Part shown: positions 1-8,744 of the stretch, one piece after another | Layout of the letters: each line of letters opens with the position of its first letter | How positions within the stretch are numbered: position 1 is the stretch's first letter | IMG/VR virus record: IMGVR_UViG_3300043178_000107 | Location: 1-43,272 of that record | DNA from: a virus | Lineage: Duplodnaviria > Caudoviricetes | Length of the DNA stretch: 43,272 nucleotides | Strand: one strand, 5' to 3' | Notes under the pieces: model-generated | Seen by the model: the letters and a program-made list of their open reading frames with translations, nothing else | Databases searched by the model: none | Told to the model about the DNA's origin: nothing | Made by a program: the position numbers and the translations under genes

Positions 1-837
1 GGGATGTTTTCGGCGAATGGATCAGTACATCATAAGGGTTTGAAATTTGCCATTGATCCATCTGATAAAGATGTTATTGAAAAGTATGCAAGTTTTCTTC
101 GTGATTTATTTGGTATTGATCCAACTGTTCAAAAATCAGAATGTGTCAATCTTTGTTTGAATTCGACTCAAATTCGTTCTTGGTGGGATGCTGCTGGGTT
201 TTCTAAAATTTGTCTTGATGATGGAAAATTAATTGCACGGATCCCGGATGCAATTTTGAGATCAAATAATCCAGAAATTTATGGAGCTTATCTAAGAGGT
301 CTTTTCACTGGTGACGGATCTGCATCTAATGGGTTACCATCAATTACAAATAAAAATTATGAGTTCTTATCTGACATCCAGGTTCTTTTATTATTCCTTG
401 GTATTCCTACGCGTCGTGATTTTAATTTAGGAGGTAATGACAAAAAGCCGGTATGGAGGCTTACTGTTTCTTCCCTTCTTTTTTCTTCTGTTTTTCTTGA
501 AAAAGTTGGTTTTTCATCTTCTAGGAAATCAAATAAAATTCACGTGGCCGAAACTTGGTCAAAGGCCGATTATATACCTATCGGACAAACTCTTTTAGAC
601 AAGGTTTGTCCGATCGAGTCCGACCACAGAAAAGATTTTGTCAGGCATATTCAAGAAAATAACGGGGTGGCACGTCATTTATGCTTTAAAATTGTTCGAA
701 ATGCAGAACTCTCCAAACTTCTGGATTTTTATTATGATAAGATAAAATCCACTGAGTTAATTGGTAGGCAGTCTACATACGATATTTCTGTTCCGGGCAA
801 TACGACTTATATTGCTAATGGATTCATATCTCATAAT
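1..837 (+). mobile_element. Intein with LAGLIDADG endonuclease in nrdJ (N-terminus outside the window)
   Basis: YLRGLFTGDG endonuclease motif; C-terminal splicing blocks TYDISVPGNTTYIANGFISHN followed by extein Thr at 838. Confidence 0.92.
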
Positions 838-1914
838 ACCGTGAGCTTTCTCATGGGGATGAATACGACCGGGATTGAACCAGCTTATTCATTGGTATCT
901 TACAAATCTCTGGTTGGTGGTGGATTCATGAAAATCACCAACCAGAACGTCAAAAACGGATTGAAATCTCTAGGCTATTCCGGTCATAAAATTTCTTCTA
1001 TTTGCAAATATATTGAAGATCATGATTGTATCGAAGGATCTCCAGATCTAAAACCAGAACATCTTCCAGTTTTCGATTGTGCGATGCCGTCCGGACATTC
1101 GTCACGTCATCTTTCTCCGATGGCACATATCAAGATGATGGCGGCGATCCAGCCGCTCATTACTTGTGCTATGTCCAAAACGATCAATATTCCGAATTCG
1201 GCTTCGATTAATGAAATCGCCGATCTGTATATGGAATCCTGGAAGCTCGGTCTCAAGTGTGTTTCCGTTTATCGTGATGGTTGCAAGCTTTCCCAACCTT
1301 TAGCAACAAAATCTAGGGTTAATGAACAAAACGGGGCCCGAGAAGAGAGAAAATCAGATCCTGGATCCCAACGTCGTCGTTTGCCTGAAGATATTTCCGG
1401 TCATCGACATCAATTCGAAATTGATGGATTCAAGGGTTATATTATGACGAATGAATACCCGGACGGTCTTCCGGGTGAGGTCTTTATTCGTCTCGGTAAA
1501 CCCGGATCTACCGTTAATGGTCTGATCGATGGTTTTACGAAACTTCTAAGTATAGCACTTCAATACGGAGTTCCGCTTGAGAAACTGATTCAAAGCTTTA
1601 TCGATACGAGATTTGAACCGGCTGGTATCACCAAAAATTCGAAGATTCGCTTCGCAAAGAGCATTTATGATTATTTGTTCAGATATCTTGATTACCGTTA
1701 TAATAAAAGTGAAATCTCCCAAAATCCGGAATTGAAAGCTGAGCCAGAATCTGATCCACAAATATCAATATCGAAAAATCATAATTCGATCCATCCGATA
1801 TCTAGAAAAAATTTTGATGGTCCGCCATGTGTTCATTGTGGTGCAATAACACGTCGCAATGGCAGTTGCTGGTTATGTGATGTTTGTGGGAATACAACTG
1901 GTGGGTGTAGTTGA
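1..1914 (+). CDS. nrdJ: Class II (B12-dependent) ribonucleotide reductase, C-terminal part (5'-truncated by the window edge), with intein, TSCPD-like domain and terminal Zn ribbon
   Basis: After the intein: TVSFLMGMNTTGIEP, AMSKTINIP, GLKCVSVYRDGCKLSQPL; RRRLP...GEVFI...SIALQYGVP...FEPAG domain; ends CVHCG...CWLCDVCGNTTGGCS. Confidence 0.92.
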   Translation, partial: GMFSANGSVHHKGLKFAIDPSDKDVIEKYASFLRDLFGIDPTVQKSECVNLCLNSTQIRSWWDAAGFSKICLDDGKLIARIPDAILRSNNPEIYGAYLRGLFTGDGSASNGLPSITNKNYEFLSDIQVLLLFLGIPTRRDFNLGGNDKKPVWRLTVSSLLFSSVFLEKVGFSSSRKSNKIHVAETWSKADYIPIGQTLLDKVCPIESDHRKDFVRHIQENNGVARHLCFKIVRNAELSKLLDFYYDKIKSTELIGRQSTYDISVPGNTTYIANGFISHNTVSFLMGMNTTGIEPAYSLVSYKSLVGGGFMKITNQNVKNGLKSLGYSGHKISSICKYIEDHDCIEGSPDLKPEHLPVFDCAMPSGHSSRHLSPMAHIKMMAAIQPLITCAMSKTINIPNSASINEIADLYMESWKLGLKCVSVYRDGCKLSQPLATKSRVNEQNGAREERKSDPGSQRRRLPEDISGHRHQFEIDGFKGYIMTNEYPDGLPGEVFIRLGKPGSTVNGLIDGFTKLLSIALQYGVPLEKLIQSFIDTRFEPAGITKNSKIRFAKSIYDYLFRYLDYRYNKSEISQNPELKAEPESDPQISISKNHNSIHPISRKNFDGPPCVHCGAITRRNGSCWLCDVCGNTTGGCS

Positions 1915-1919
1915 TCTAA

Positions 1920-2162
1920 ATGGATTATATCTGTTTAATTTGTAAGAAACGATTTGCGTCCAAATTTATCTCAAATTTCTGTTCTCAAGAATGCTTGCAG
2001 AAATCTTCCACCATGAATATTGGAAAACGTGCACTGGAATATCGAGGTTTAGGTGATGTAATTCATAGTGGGCTAAAAGCTATTGGTATCAATTCATGTA
2101 GTAGTTGTGAAAAACGAAGACAAATATTGAATAGGTTGATTCCAAATCCATGGTCAAAATAG
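1920..2162 (+). CDS. Small Cys-rich hypothetical protein (probable Zn-binding)
   Basis: 80 aa; CLIC..FCSQEC and GLGD...CSSCEKRR motifs; tightly packed after nrdJ. Confidence 0.65.
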   Translation: MDYICLICKKRFASKFISNFCSQECLQKSSTMNIGKRALEYRGLGDVIHSGLKAIGINSCSSCEKRRQILNRLIPNPWSK

Positions 2163-2174
2163 GTATTGTAAAGA

Positions 2175-2429
2175 ATGGCACATGAAAAAGACAGACTCAA
2201 GTATGGATTTGATGCCGGCACTATTATCGATGGGACAATTCGATATGACAATTCTGCGAATTCCTATTTCATAGAAGACGTTGATGGAGATAAATTTTAC
2301 CCAAATGCCGCTCTCGCGGCTCTGAATGGAGAAAAAGTTCGATTTACGTTGATTTCATTCAAGAGTATGCAGCACATGGAAGATTTGTATAATCAAGCAA
2401 TGGCTGCATTCGATCAAATCAAAAATTGA
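2175..2429 (+). CDS. Hypothetical protein
   Basis: 84 aa ORF preceded by G-TATTGT-N5-ATG. Confidence 0.7.
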   Translation: MAHEKDRLKYGFDAGTIIDGTIRYDNSANSYFIEDVDGDKFYPNAALAALNGEKVRFTLISFKSMQHMEDLYNQAMAAFDQIKN

Positions 2430-2691
2430 TGTAATCTTTAATTTCGTATGCGCCGTAGCGCCGTAGCGCCGTAGCGCCGTAGCGCCGTAGCGCCATAGCG
2501 CCAGCTCTGCATCGTCGGCCGCGCTGATGCGCGTCTTATCGAGCCGCCGGAGCAGCAGGTCTAATGTACCGCCGGATCGAAAGATTTCGCATCGCCATAC
2601 CGGGCATTCTAAGGCAGCTTTTCTTCGTCATTAATCCAAATTTACCTTTATGTCCGCAAACACAAGGCGAGTTTGATTTGGAGTCATACAT
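2420..2691 (-). pseudogene. Possible frameshifted small Zn-finger gene
   Basis: ATG at 2691 gives MYDSKSNSPCVCGH...KKSCL; a +1 shift at CTT-AGA (2613-2608) continues ECPVWRCEIFR...LDLLLRRLDK...ELALWRYGA into the 8-bp repeat. Confidence 0.3.
2450..2503. repeat. 8-bp tandem repeat (GCGCCGTA)x5 + GCGCCATA + partial copy
   Basis: Read directly; lies in a GC-rich patch between convergent genes. Confidence 0.95.
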
Positions 2692-2896
2692 CTAGATCGG
2701 ATAATGACAATTCGAAGGTTTCATACCAAGCCCCTCCAATAAGCGTTGGATCGGGCGCTCGGATTTCTATTATCCATAAATCGGAATCTTTCTTTGATTG
2801 CTCCACCGGGAAAGCTTCGCTTCCCGCCGGGTGAACAAAACCTGGTTTATTTTTACTTAATATATCATTTTTAGTTTTGAATGACATGCTTGCCAT
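2684..2896 (-). CDS. Hypothetical protein
   Basis: 70 aa ORF 8 nt downstream of the ligase N-half; preceded by G-TAAAGT-N5-ATG. Confidence 0.6.
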   Translation of the reverse strand: MASMSFKTKNDILSKNKPGFVHPAGSEAFPVEQSKKDSDLWIIEIRAPDPTLIGGAWYETFELSLSDLDV

Positions 2897-2904
2897 AATT
2901 GACT

Positions 2905-3990
2905 TTACATTGGCTCCAAATCCAAATTAGCCTCGCAATAGGGGATAACATCATGCCTGCGCGATATAAGTACCTTGCAGTTTTTCCACAATTTTAATTC
3001 ATTAAATAAAGATAAATTGTGGAGCGATACTCTTGAGACTTCGACACCACCAATATTTACTGGTTTTATTATTAAAACTGGGCAGGCCCTTCCTGATAAT
3101 CCAACTTGCCATATTATGTCTAGGGCTATCGATTCTTTCATTAATGAAGCAAATTTCCAAGCTATTTGTCCTTCTGGTCTCATATTTTTCGATCCTGCTT
3201 CGTCTAATGATTTAACATCATTTATCGATATTACCATTCCATCAATTTCATATTCTAAATTGTCTCTATCAATTGTATTAAAATGCGTGATCATTTGATC
3301 AATGGTGCCTACCAAATATGGTGGCGTATTCAATCCAAGATAGTCGAGATATTCGAATTTCTCTTTCATAGATTCGAATTTTTTGTTATATAAATCATAT
3401 CCAAGAAAATCTAGATTTTTACAATCTGCCCCACCGCTTTTCTTATCTCTGATTTTTCCGGCAGCCGTATTTCTCGGATTTGCATAATCTCGTTTATAAA
3501 TTTCTTCGAAGACAGATTTTTTCATTATTATTTCGCCGCGTATATTGATATTCATTGGAATTTTCAATTTATGGGGTATTGATGAGATCTGTTTTGCATT
3601 TCTGGTCAAATCCTCGCCTACAAGTCCATCCCCTCGTGAGATCGCCCTGACCAAATTTCCATCTTTGTATTGTAATTCCATACTCGAGCCATCTAATTTC
3701 CAAGTAATCAGATATTCTTTTACTTCGAATTTATTTGTCCATTCTCTGAATTCTTGTTCCGAGTTAACTTTATTCAAAGATCCCATTGGGATCTCGTGTT
3801 TTATTTTAGGCCATACAGATCCTTCTGGAATGGTCGCCCCGACCATAGTGATGGCTTGATTATTGGGATCCAGTTCTTTCAGTTCATCAACCCATGCATC
3901 ATAAATTTGGTCAGATATTATCGGAGATAAATTATAATATGCTTCTTTAGCTTGTGTTATTTTTTCAACTAATTCTTGAATCCTGTCCAT
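2905..3990 (-). CDS. ligA: NAD-dependent DNA ligase, N-terminal half (Ia, adenylation and OB domains)
   Basis: AYYN...ISDQIYD, KHEIPMGSL, catalytic KLDG, SRGDG..GED, IRGE, NPRNTAAG, EIDGMVI, AWKF, WQVG.SGR, SLHN, DVIP; stops before the Zn finger. Confidence 0.95.
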   Translation of the reverse strand: MDRIQELVEKITQAKEAYYNLSPIISDQIYDAWVDELKELDPNNQAITMVGATIPEGSVWPKIKHEIPMGSLNKVNSEQEFREWTNKFEVKEYLITWKLDGSSMELQYKDGNLVRAISRGDGLVGEDLTRNAKQISSIPHKLKIPMNINIRGEIIMKKSVFEEIYKRDYANPRNTAAGKIRDKKSGGADCKNLDFLGYDLYNKKFESMKEKFEYLDYLGLNTPPYLVGTIDQMITHFNTIDRDNLEYEIDGMVISINDVKSLDEAGSKNMRPEGQIAWKFASLMKESIALDIIWQVGLSGRACPVLIIKPVNIGGVEVSRVSLHNLSLFNELKLWKNCKVLISRRHDVIPYCEANLDLEPM

Positions 3991-4037
3991 AAATAAATGT
4001 TACATTTCTATTTGAAAATCAAATATGAGGTGATTCG

Positions 4038-4508
4038 ATGAAATTTCAAGAGACACCACATTTTAATAAAATGGCTGCAGCAGTTTTGAAGATGGCAGAT
4101 ACAAGATCAGAATATATGCGTGTAAATTCGTTGGTAGCCGATATTCTTAAAGATCTACATATGGTTTTCGCCAAGTTAGCAAGACTTCAAGGTGATTTTG
4201 ACGGAAAAGAACTAGAAGAATTAGAGGGAATCTCAGAAAAAGTATTAGATTTGGGAAGGGAAGTGGCTCAATTCGCTAAGGCTTTTTACGAAGGCGATTA
4301 CAAGATGTATCAATCTGAAGTTATATATGGTGGTGGCGATACATCAGCCGCTCTACCGGTTAAACAAACCTTCGAGGTTGAAGAAGCTTTTTCGCATCCT
4401 GGCGGTAAAAAATCAAAAGAAGCTCCAAAGGAAAAAGAAGCTCCAAAGGAAAAAGAAGCTCCCAAGGAAAAAGAAACTGAGGAAGAAGGAACTGAGGAAG
4501 AAGAATAA
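4038..4508 (+). CDS. Hypothetical protein with acidic, repetitive C-terminus (possibly virion-associated)
   Basis: 156 aa; GAGGTG Shine-Dalgarno; two KMA motifs like the K/R-x-A motifs of the structural module; KEAPKE repeats. Confidence 0.8.
   Translation: MKFQETPHFNKMAAAVLKMADTRSEYMRVNSLVADILKDLHMVFAKLARLQGDFDGKELEELEGISEKVLDLGREVAQFAKAFYEGDYKMYQSEVIYGGGDTSAALPVKQTFEVEEAFSHPGGKKSKEAPKEKEAPKEKEAPKEKETEEEGTEEEE
4416..4475 (+). repeat. 18-bp coding tandem repeat (KEAPKE x3)
   Basis: AAAGAAGCTCCMAAGGAA three times, followed by a 15-bp duplication. Confidence 0.9.
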
Positions 4509-4519
4509 TTTTGATTGTA

Positions 4520-4540
4520 CGCTCCGATCATGCCGGAGCG
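4520..4540 (+). promoter_or_regulatory. Hairpin CGCTCCG-atcATGc-CGGAGCG overlapping the putative -10 box and start codon of the ligase C-half
   Basis: Perfect 7-bp inverted repeat with ATG (4530) in the loop; G-TACGCT at 4517-4523. Confidence 0.5.
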
Positions 4541-5318
4541 CGAATATTTTCAAATTCCAGAATGTTGCCCAGTTTGCTCATCCAGGTTCTCTATTGAAGG
4601 AGATTTTATATATTGCCGGTCCAAATCTTGTCCGTCAAGGTTATCCGGAGCTATTAAATCTTGGGTCAAGAAATTGGAATTACTTCAATGGGGTGATTCT
4701 TTAATTGATAAATTGTGTGAATCTGGAAAAGTCAATTCTGTCGTTGATTTATATAAGTTACCAATCGAAGATTTGGCCAAGTGTTGTTCAAGTGAAAAAG
4801 TAGCTAAAAAATGTCATAAAATTCTTCATTCCAAAAAGGACATACCGCTTGAGTTATTTCTTGCATCATTGAATATTCCAAATCTCGGGATAAGTACGGC
4901 AATAGATATAGTGCGTAATGGTTTTGACACCGTAGAAGCAGTAGTGAATATGTCTGTTGATGATTTGCTAAATACTCCTAATATTGGAAAAATAACGGCA
5001 CAAAATTTATATGAATCTTTTCAAGAACGACGGGAACTGATATTGGATTTGAATTCTGTTTTAAATGTGAAAAGTCCTAAAAAAGGCCGGTTATCTAATA
5101 TTTCAGTTTGTATAACTGGAGTGACTTCCAAACCACGCCGTGAAATCGAGCAAATGATTCTAGAGGCTGGTGGGATTGTGAAACATTCGGTTGGCAAGGA
5201 TACCACATATCTGATCACTAATGACTCTGGCACTCAATCTACTAAGATGCAAAAGGCACAAAAATACGGTGTGAAAGTGATATCGGAAAATTATTTTTAT
5301 GATCTTCTCACTCATTGA
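4530..5318 (+). CDS. ligA: NAD-dependent DNA ligase, C-terminal half (Zn finger, HhH, BRCT)
   Basis: CPVC...YC.SKSCP Zn finger; LNIPNLG and PNIGKITA HhH motifs; BRCT VCITG...R..IEQMI...GG....SVGKDTTYLI...S.K..KA.KYGVKVISE; start placed at ATG 4530. Confidence 0.93.
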   Translation: MPEREYFQIPECCPVCSSRFSIEGDFIYCRSKSCPSRLSGAIKSWVKKLELLQWGDSLIDKLCESGKVNSVVDLYKLPIEDLAKCCSSEKVAKKCHKILHSKKDIPLELFLASLNIPNLGISTAIDIVRNGFDTVEAVVNMSVDDLLNTPNIGKITAQNLYESFQERRELILDLNSVLNVKSPKKGRLSNISVCITGVTSKPRREIEQMILEAGGIVKHSVGKDTTYLITNDSGTQSTKMQKAQKYGVKVISENYFYDLLTH

Positions 5319-5332
5319 TTGTAAATTATGTT

Positions 5333-7597
5333 GTGGAAGAGATTTGTGCAAAAATTAGTAATATCATATTTTCGAATAACAATACTAGTTATTATATATT
5401 GAAAGCCATTCCTGAAGGAAATGGAAATGGGGATGCACATATTTCTGTCAAAGGAAATTTTCCAAATATTAATATCAGTTCTGGGCTCAAGGCAAAATTT
5501 AGAGGTCATTATGCAGAGCATCCGCGTTTTGGAAAACAATTTAATGCTATCGCCTGTGAAATAGTTCCGGAATCGGGAAAAGATGGAGTAATTTCATATT
5601 TGATAGCAAATGTTCGTTCGATAGGCCCACTAACAGCGGAGAAACTTTATAAGTCATTTGGTGATGATTTGTTGAATATTTTGGAAAAAAATCCTGACAA
5701 AATAAGAGATTTGAAATATCTGAATAAAAAACAAGCAGAAGCATTGATCGAAGAATGGTCTAAGGCTTCTGAAAACAGGACGCTTGCTATTTTTCTGGCA
5801 GATCTTGGCTTGAATTCGAGACAAATACGTTCTGTTTATGACTTATTCGGATTTGAATCTAAAGCCAAAATTTCAGAAAATCCATATTGCCTCACCAGAT
5901 GTGCCTATATCGGATTTCCAACTGCTGATAAAGTTGCCAGAAAACTCGGTGTTGGTATAGATGATATTCGTCGCGTCAGAGCTGTCATTTTATATGCACT
6001 TGAACAATTGTCCACATCTGACGGGCATATGTATGCAATGTCGAATCAAATTCATGATATGATAGATTTGATGTATAGACGCAATGAATTGGAGCCCTTT
6101 TCGCATGGTGCATACCTTTCTGATTCCGGTTATTATGCAGCATTAATGGATTTGCAGAAGTCGAATGATATTCAAATTGTCGATGATTGCATTTATTTGT
6201 ATCATAAATGGGAACAAGAAAGAGCCACAGCAGAATATTTGTTCGAATTTATTAAACAGAAACCAAGGGCACTCGGGGATCTTGAAGCAATATTCAAGGA
6301 ATTTGAAGATAATGAAAAAATCCGATTATCAGATGAGCAGAAGTCAGCTTTTTTCAAATTAAAAGATTCTCGGATTTGTGTCATATCTGGGTATCCCGGT
6401 ACTGGCAAGACTCTTTTGACCAAAGCCTTTGTTTATCTCTTTGAAAAGAATAAATTTGATTATGTTTTGATGTCTCCTACAGGTATTGCTGCCAAGAGGA
6501 CATCTCAACTTTCAAACAGACCAGCTTTCACTATTCATAGAGCTCTTGGCTATGGCAAGGATGGTTCATGGCAATTTGATCAATATAATAAATTCATAGC
6601 TGATGCTGTGATTGTCGATGAGGCTTCCATGTTAGGAAGCGCCACATTCTATCATTTTATTCGGGCTTTACATCCGTCTACGATATTGATTATAATGGGG
6701 GATGTCGCCCAGCTTCCATCTGTTGAAGCTGGATGTGTATTATATAATTTGATGAATTCCGATATTGTATCTCACACTAAATTGACAAAAATTTATAGAC
6801 AAGAAGCAACGTCCGATATTGTGGAGATTGCTCATAAAATATTGAATAATGATCATATAAATACTTCGTTCAATAGTAAAAGTGAAGTAGTATTTCTTGA
6901 GCATCCAGATGAGAAGGTTATCAATGAAGTTTGTAAATTTGCTTCTTTATTGAAATCAAAGAATGCAAATTTTCAAGTGATTGCGCCAAAATATGATGGA
7001 TCGTTGGGAATCAATAATTTAAATCAAGAGCTCAGAAAAGTTCTCAATCCGGAAGTGGATACGGAGACTGTGCGAAAATTGAAATTGGGTGATTCTTCTA
7101 TATATGAAGGCGACAGAGTGATGATCGTGAAAAATGATTATGATCGTTCAGTATTCAATGGTGATGTTGGAAAAGTTGTGAAAATTTCATCCAAAGATGA
7201 CATTGTTGAAGTCAAGATTTTTGATTGGTTTGATCAAGATTCGAAAATTCCAAAATATGTTGATAAAGTAATATCGTTTTCTCAAGAGGAAGCTAGACAA
7301 GTGTTGCGTGTTGCGTATGCTAGTTCTCTTCATAAGTGTCAAGGAATGGAGTTTGATTATGTGATATTACCTATGACGTATCAATATGGTATAATGTTAT
7401 ATCGTCGTCTCATTTATACAGGCTTGACGAGAGCCAGAAAAAAAGTATTTATATTTGGTAATTCGAAAGCGTTTTTGAAAGCCGTAAACAATGATAAAGA
7501 TGATATGAGAAATTCAAATCTAGCCAAGCTGATATCAGATGTCTACAAAGCTAAAACCAATAATTATAAGATACCTGCACCTAGTTCAAGGCCGTAA
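5333..7597 (+). CDS. recD2: RecD2-like SF1B helicase
   Basis: HPRFGKQF, ENPY.L, GFPTAD, Walker A GYPGTGKT, VDEASM, GDVAQLPSV, IYRQ, FNGDVG, AYASSLHKCQG, YTGLTRAR; likely start GTG 5333 (track gives 5315). Confidence 0.95.
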   Translation: MEEICAKISNIIFSNNNTSYYILKAIPEGNGNGDAHISVKGNFPNINISSGLKAKFRGHYAEHPRFGKQFNAIACEIVPESGKDGVISYLIANVRSIGPLTAEKLYKSFGDDLLNILEKNPDKIRDLKYLNKKQAEALIEEWSKASENRTLAIFLADLGLNSRQIRSVYDLFGFESKAKISENPYCLTRCAYIGFPTADKVARKLGVGIDDIRRVRAVILYALEQLSTSDGHMYAMSNQIHDMIDLMYRRNELEPFSHGAYLSDSGYYAALMDLQKSNDIQIVDDCIYLYHKWEQERATAEYLFEFIKQKPRALGDLEAIFKEFEDNEKIRLSDEQKSAFFKLKDSRICVISGYPGTGKTLLTKAFVYLFEKNKFDYVLMSPTGIAAKRTSQLSNRPAFTIHRALGYGKDGSWQFDQYNKFIADAVIVDEASMLGSATFYHFIRALHPSTILIIMGDVAQLPSVEAGCVLYNLMNSDIVSHTKLTKIYRQEATSDIVEIAHKILNNDHINTSFNSKSEVVFLEHPDEKVINEVCKFASLLKSKNANFQVIAPKYDGSLGINNLNQELRKVLNPEVDTETVRKLKLGDSSIYEGDRVMIVKNDYDRSVFNGDVGKVVKISSKDDIVEVKIFDWFDQDSKIPKYVDKVISFSQEEARQVLRVAYASSLHKCQGMEFDYVILPMTYQYGIMLYRRLIYTGLTRARKKVFIFGNSKAFLKAVNNDKDDMRNSNLAKLISDVYKAKTNNYKIPAPSSRP

Positions 7598-7774
7598 AAG
7601 GTACCAGACAAGACCTCCGCTTTCGGGAACAATAGGAAGTCAATAGGCGACAGCTCTTATCAGATGTACGAATGGATCGTAGATAACAGTTTTCAGGGTA
7701 ACTTCCAGATCTTGTGTATGAATTGCAACCTTGCAAAACATCAGGGAATATGCCCTCATCGACATCAAAAATAA
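7598..7774 (+). pseudogene. C-terminal relic of an HNH-type endonuclease
   Basis: Reads YQMYEWIVDNSFQGNFQILCMNCNLAKHQGICPH*, matching the FQ(V/I)LCxNCNxAK...CPH end of phage HNH endonucleases; the N-terminal part with the IDH motif is missing. Confidence 0.7.
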
Positions 7775-8586
7775 AGCCTTTTGTGAAATGGTGCGGAGGC
7801 AAGGGGCGCGTAGCCGCCCACATCCTCAGGCGTCTTCCGGACTCCATCGAGACGTATTATGAGCCGATGGTCGGCGGAGGCGCCATCTTCTTTGAGCTCG
7901 CGCGCTCAAAGAGATTCAGAAATGCTGTCTTGGCTGACTGCAACCCGGAGCTCATGAACGCCTGGGACGTCGTCAAGAACGACGTCGAATCCTTGATCCG
8001 GGAGCTCAGGAAGAAGCGATATCGATACGACCGGGACATGTACCTACGGATCCGATCTGAAAGGCCGGTTGAGAAGGTAAAGATTGCCGCCAGGTTCATT
8101 TATTTGAACCGCTGCGGGTTCAACGGGCTTTACCGGGTCAACTCCCAGGGCGAGTTCAATGTCCCGTTTGGGCGCTACGCTGACCCCGTCATTTGTGACT
8201 CCTCCAACCTCCGGGAAGTATCGAAGCTTCTTGAAGGCGTGACGCTTCAACTTTCAGACTTTGAGCAGACGGTCCAGCCGGCTGGCCACGGTGACGCCGT
8301 ATACTTCGATCCTCCGTATTTGCCGGTGTCGGATACGTCAAAGTTCACGTCATTCACCGCGAACGGATTCAGGGACGAAGACCATGAGCGGTTGGCCAAA
8401 GTGTTCTTCAGGCTCGGGTCTAAGGCAGTCCGCGTTGTCTTATCGAACTCCGTGGCTCCCAAAGCCCTGCAATTATACGGAGCGTGCGACATGGACGTAA
8501 TAGTTGGCAGCCGGTCGATTGGAGGCCCGGCCAACTATCGTAAGCCGGCCGGCGAGATCGTCGTCTTCCATGGCCCGAAGTTATGA
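7750..8586 (+). CDS. dam: Dam-family (D12 class) N6-adenine DNA methyltransferase, GC-rich
   Basis: KWCGGK, EPMVGGGA, FIYLNRCGFNGLYRVN..GEFNVPFG, YFDPPY, LSNS; two sampled 60-nt lines are 53% and 60% GC; start at 7750 or 7714. Confidence 0.93.
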   Translation: MPSSTSKIKPFVKWCGGKGRVAAHILRRLPDSIETYYEPMVGGGAIFFELARSKRFRNAVLADCNPELMNAWDVVKNDVESLIRELRKKRYRYDRDMYLRIRSERPVEKVKIAARFIYLNRCGFNGLYRVNSQGEFNVPFGRYADPVICDSSNLREVSKLLEGVTLQLSDFEQTVQPAGHGDAVYFDPPYLPVSDTSKFTSFTANGFRDEDHERLAKVFFRLGSKAVRVVLSNSVAPKALQLYGACDMDVIVGSRSIGGPANYRKPAGEIVVFHGPKL

Positions 8587-8744
8587 AAATGTGTCATGCT
8601 AAATGCGATTCGGGTGTCTCTCATGATTCGTTTGAATCTTGTGGATTGCGAATAGAAAAACTAAAAGCTCCACGATCTATTCATGGTGAATCAAAGCATA
8701 AAACGGCTGCTGATGTCATATTGAGCCATGACCGATATTTCTGA
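8583..8744 (+). pseudogene. 53-aa ORF resembling the C-terminus of a Dam-family methylase
   Basis: LRIEKLKAPRSIHGESKHKTAADVILSH aligns with the upstream Dam end DVIVGSRSIGGPANYRKPAGEIVVFH. Confidence 0.4.

Noticed and set aside
2450-2503. CRISPR-like array in the short tandem repeats (also 9478 and 33680)
   Set aside because: Units are 8-9 bp, contiguous and have no spacers.
2504-2600. Hammerhead ribozyme or tRNA in the GC-rich patch (CTGATG...CGAAA)
   Set aside because: The core reads CTGATGC rather than CTGANGA, the required stems do not form, and no cloverleaf or T-loop is present.
2895-4545. Recombinase inverted-repeat sites bounding the ligase inversion
   Set aside because: The two junctions share only the ATG and scattered bases, and no invertase is in the window, so an active switch is unsupported.
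7595-7774. Stop-codon readthrough or alternative genetic code fusing recD2 to the HNH fragment
   Set aside because: The stop is TAA, RecD2 is already complete, and genes across the window are intact under the standard code with all three stops in use.
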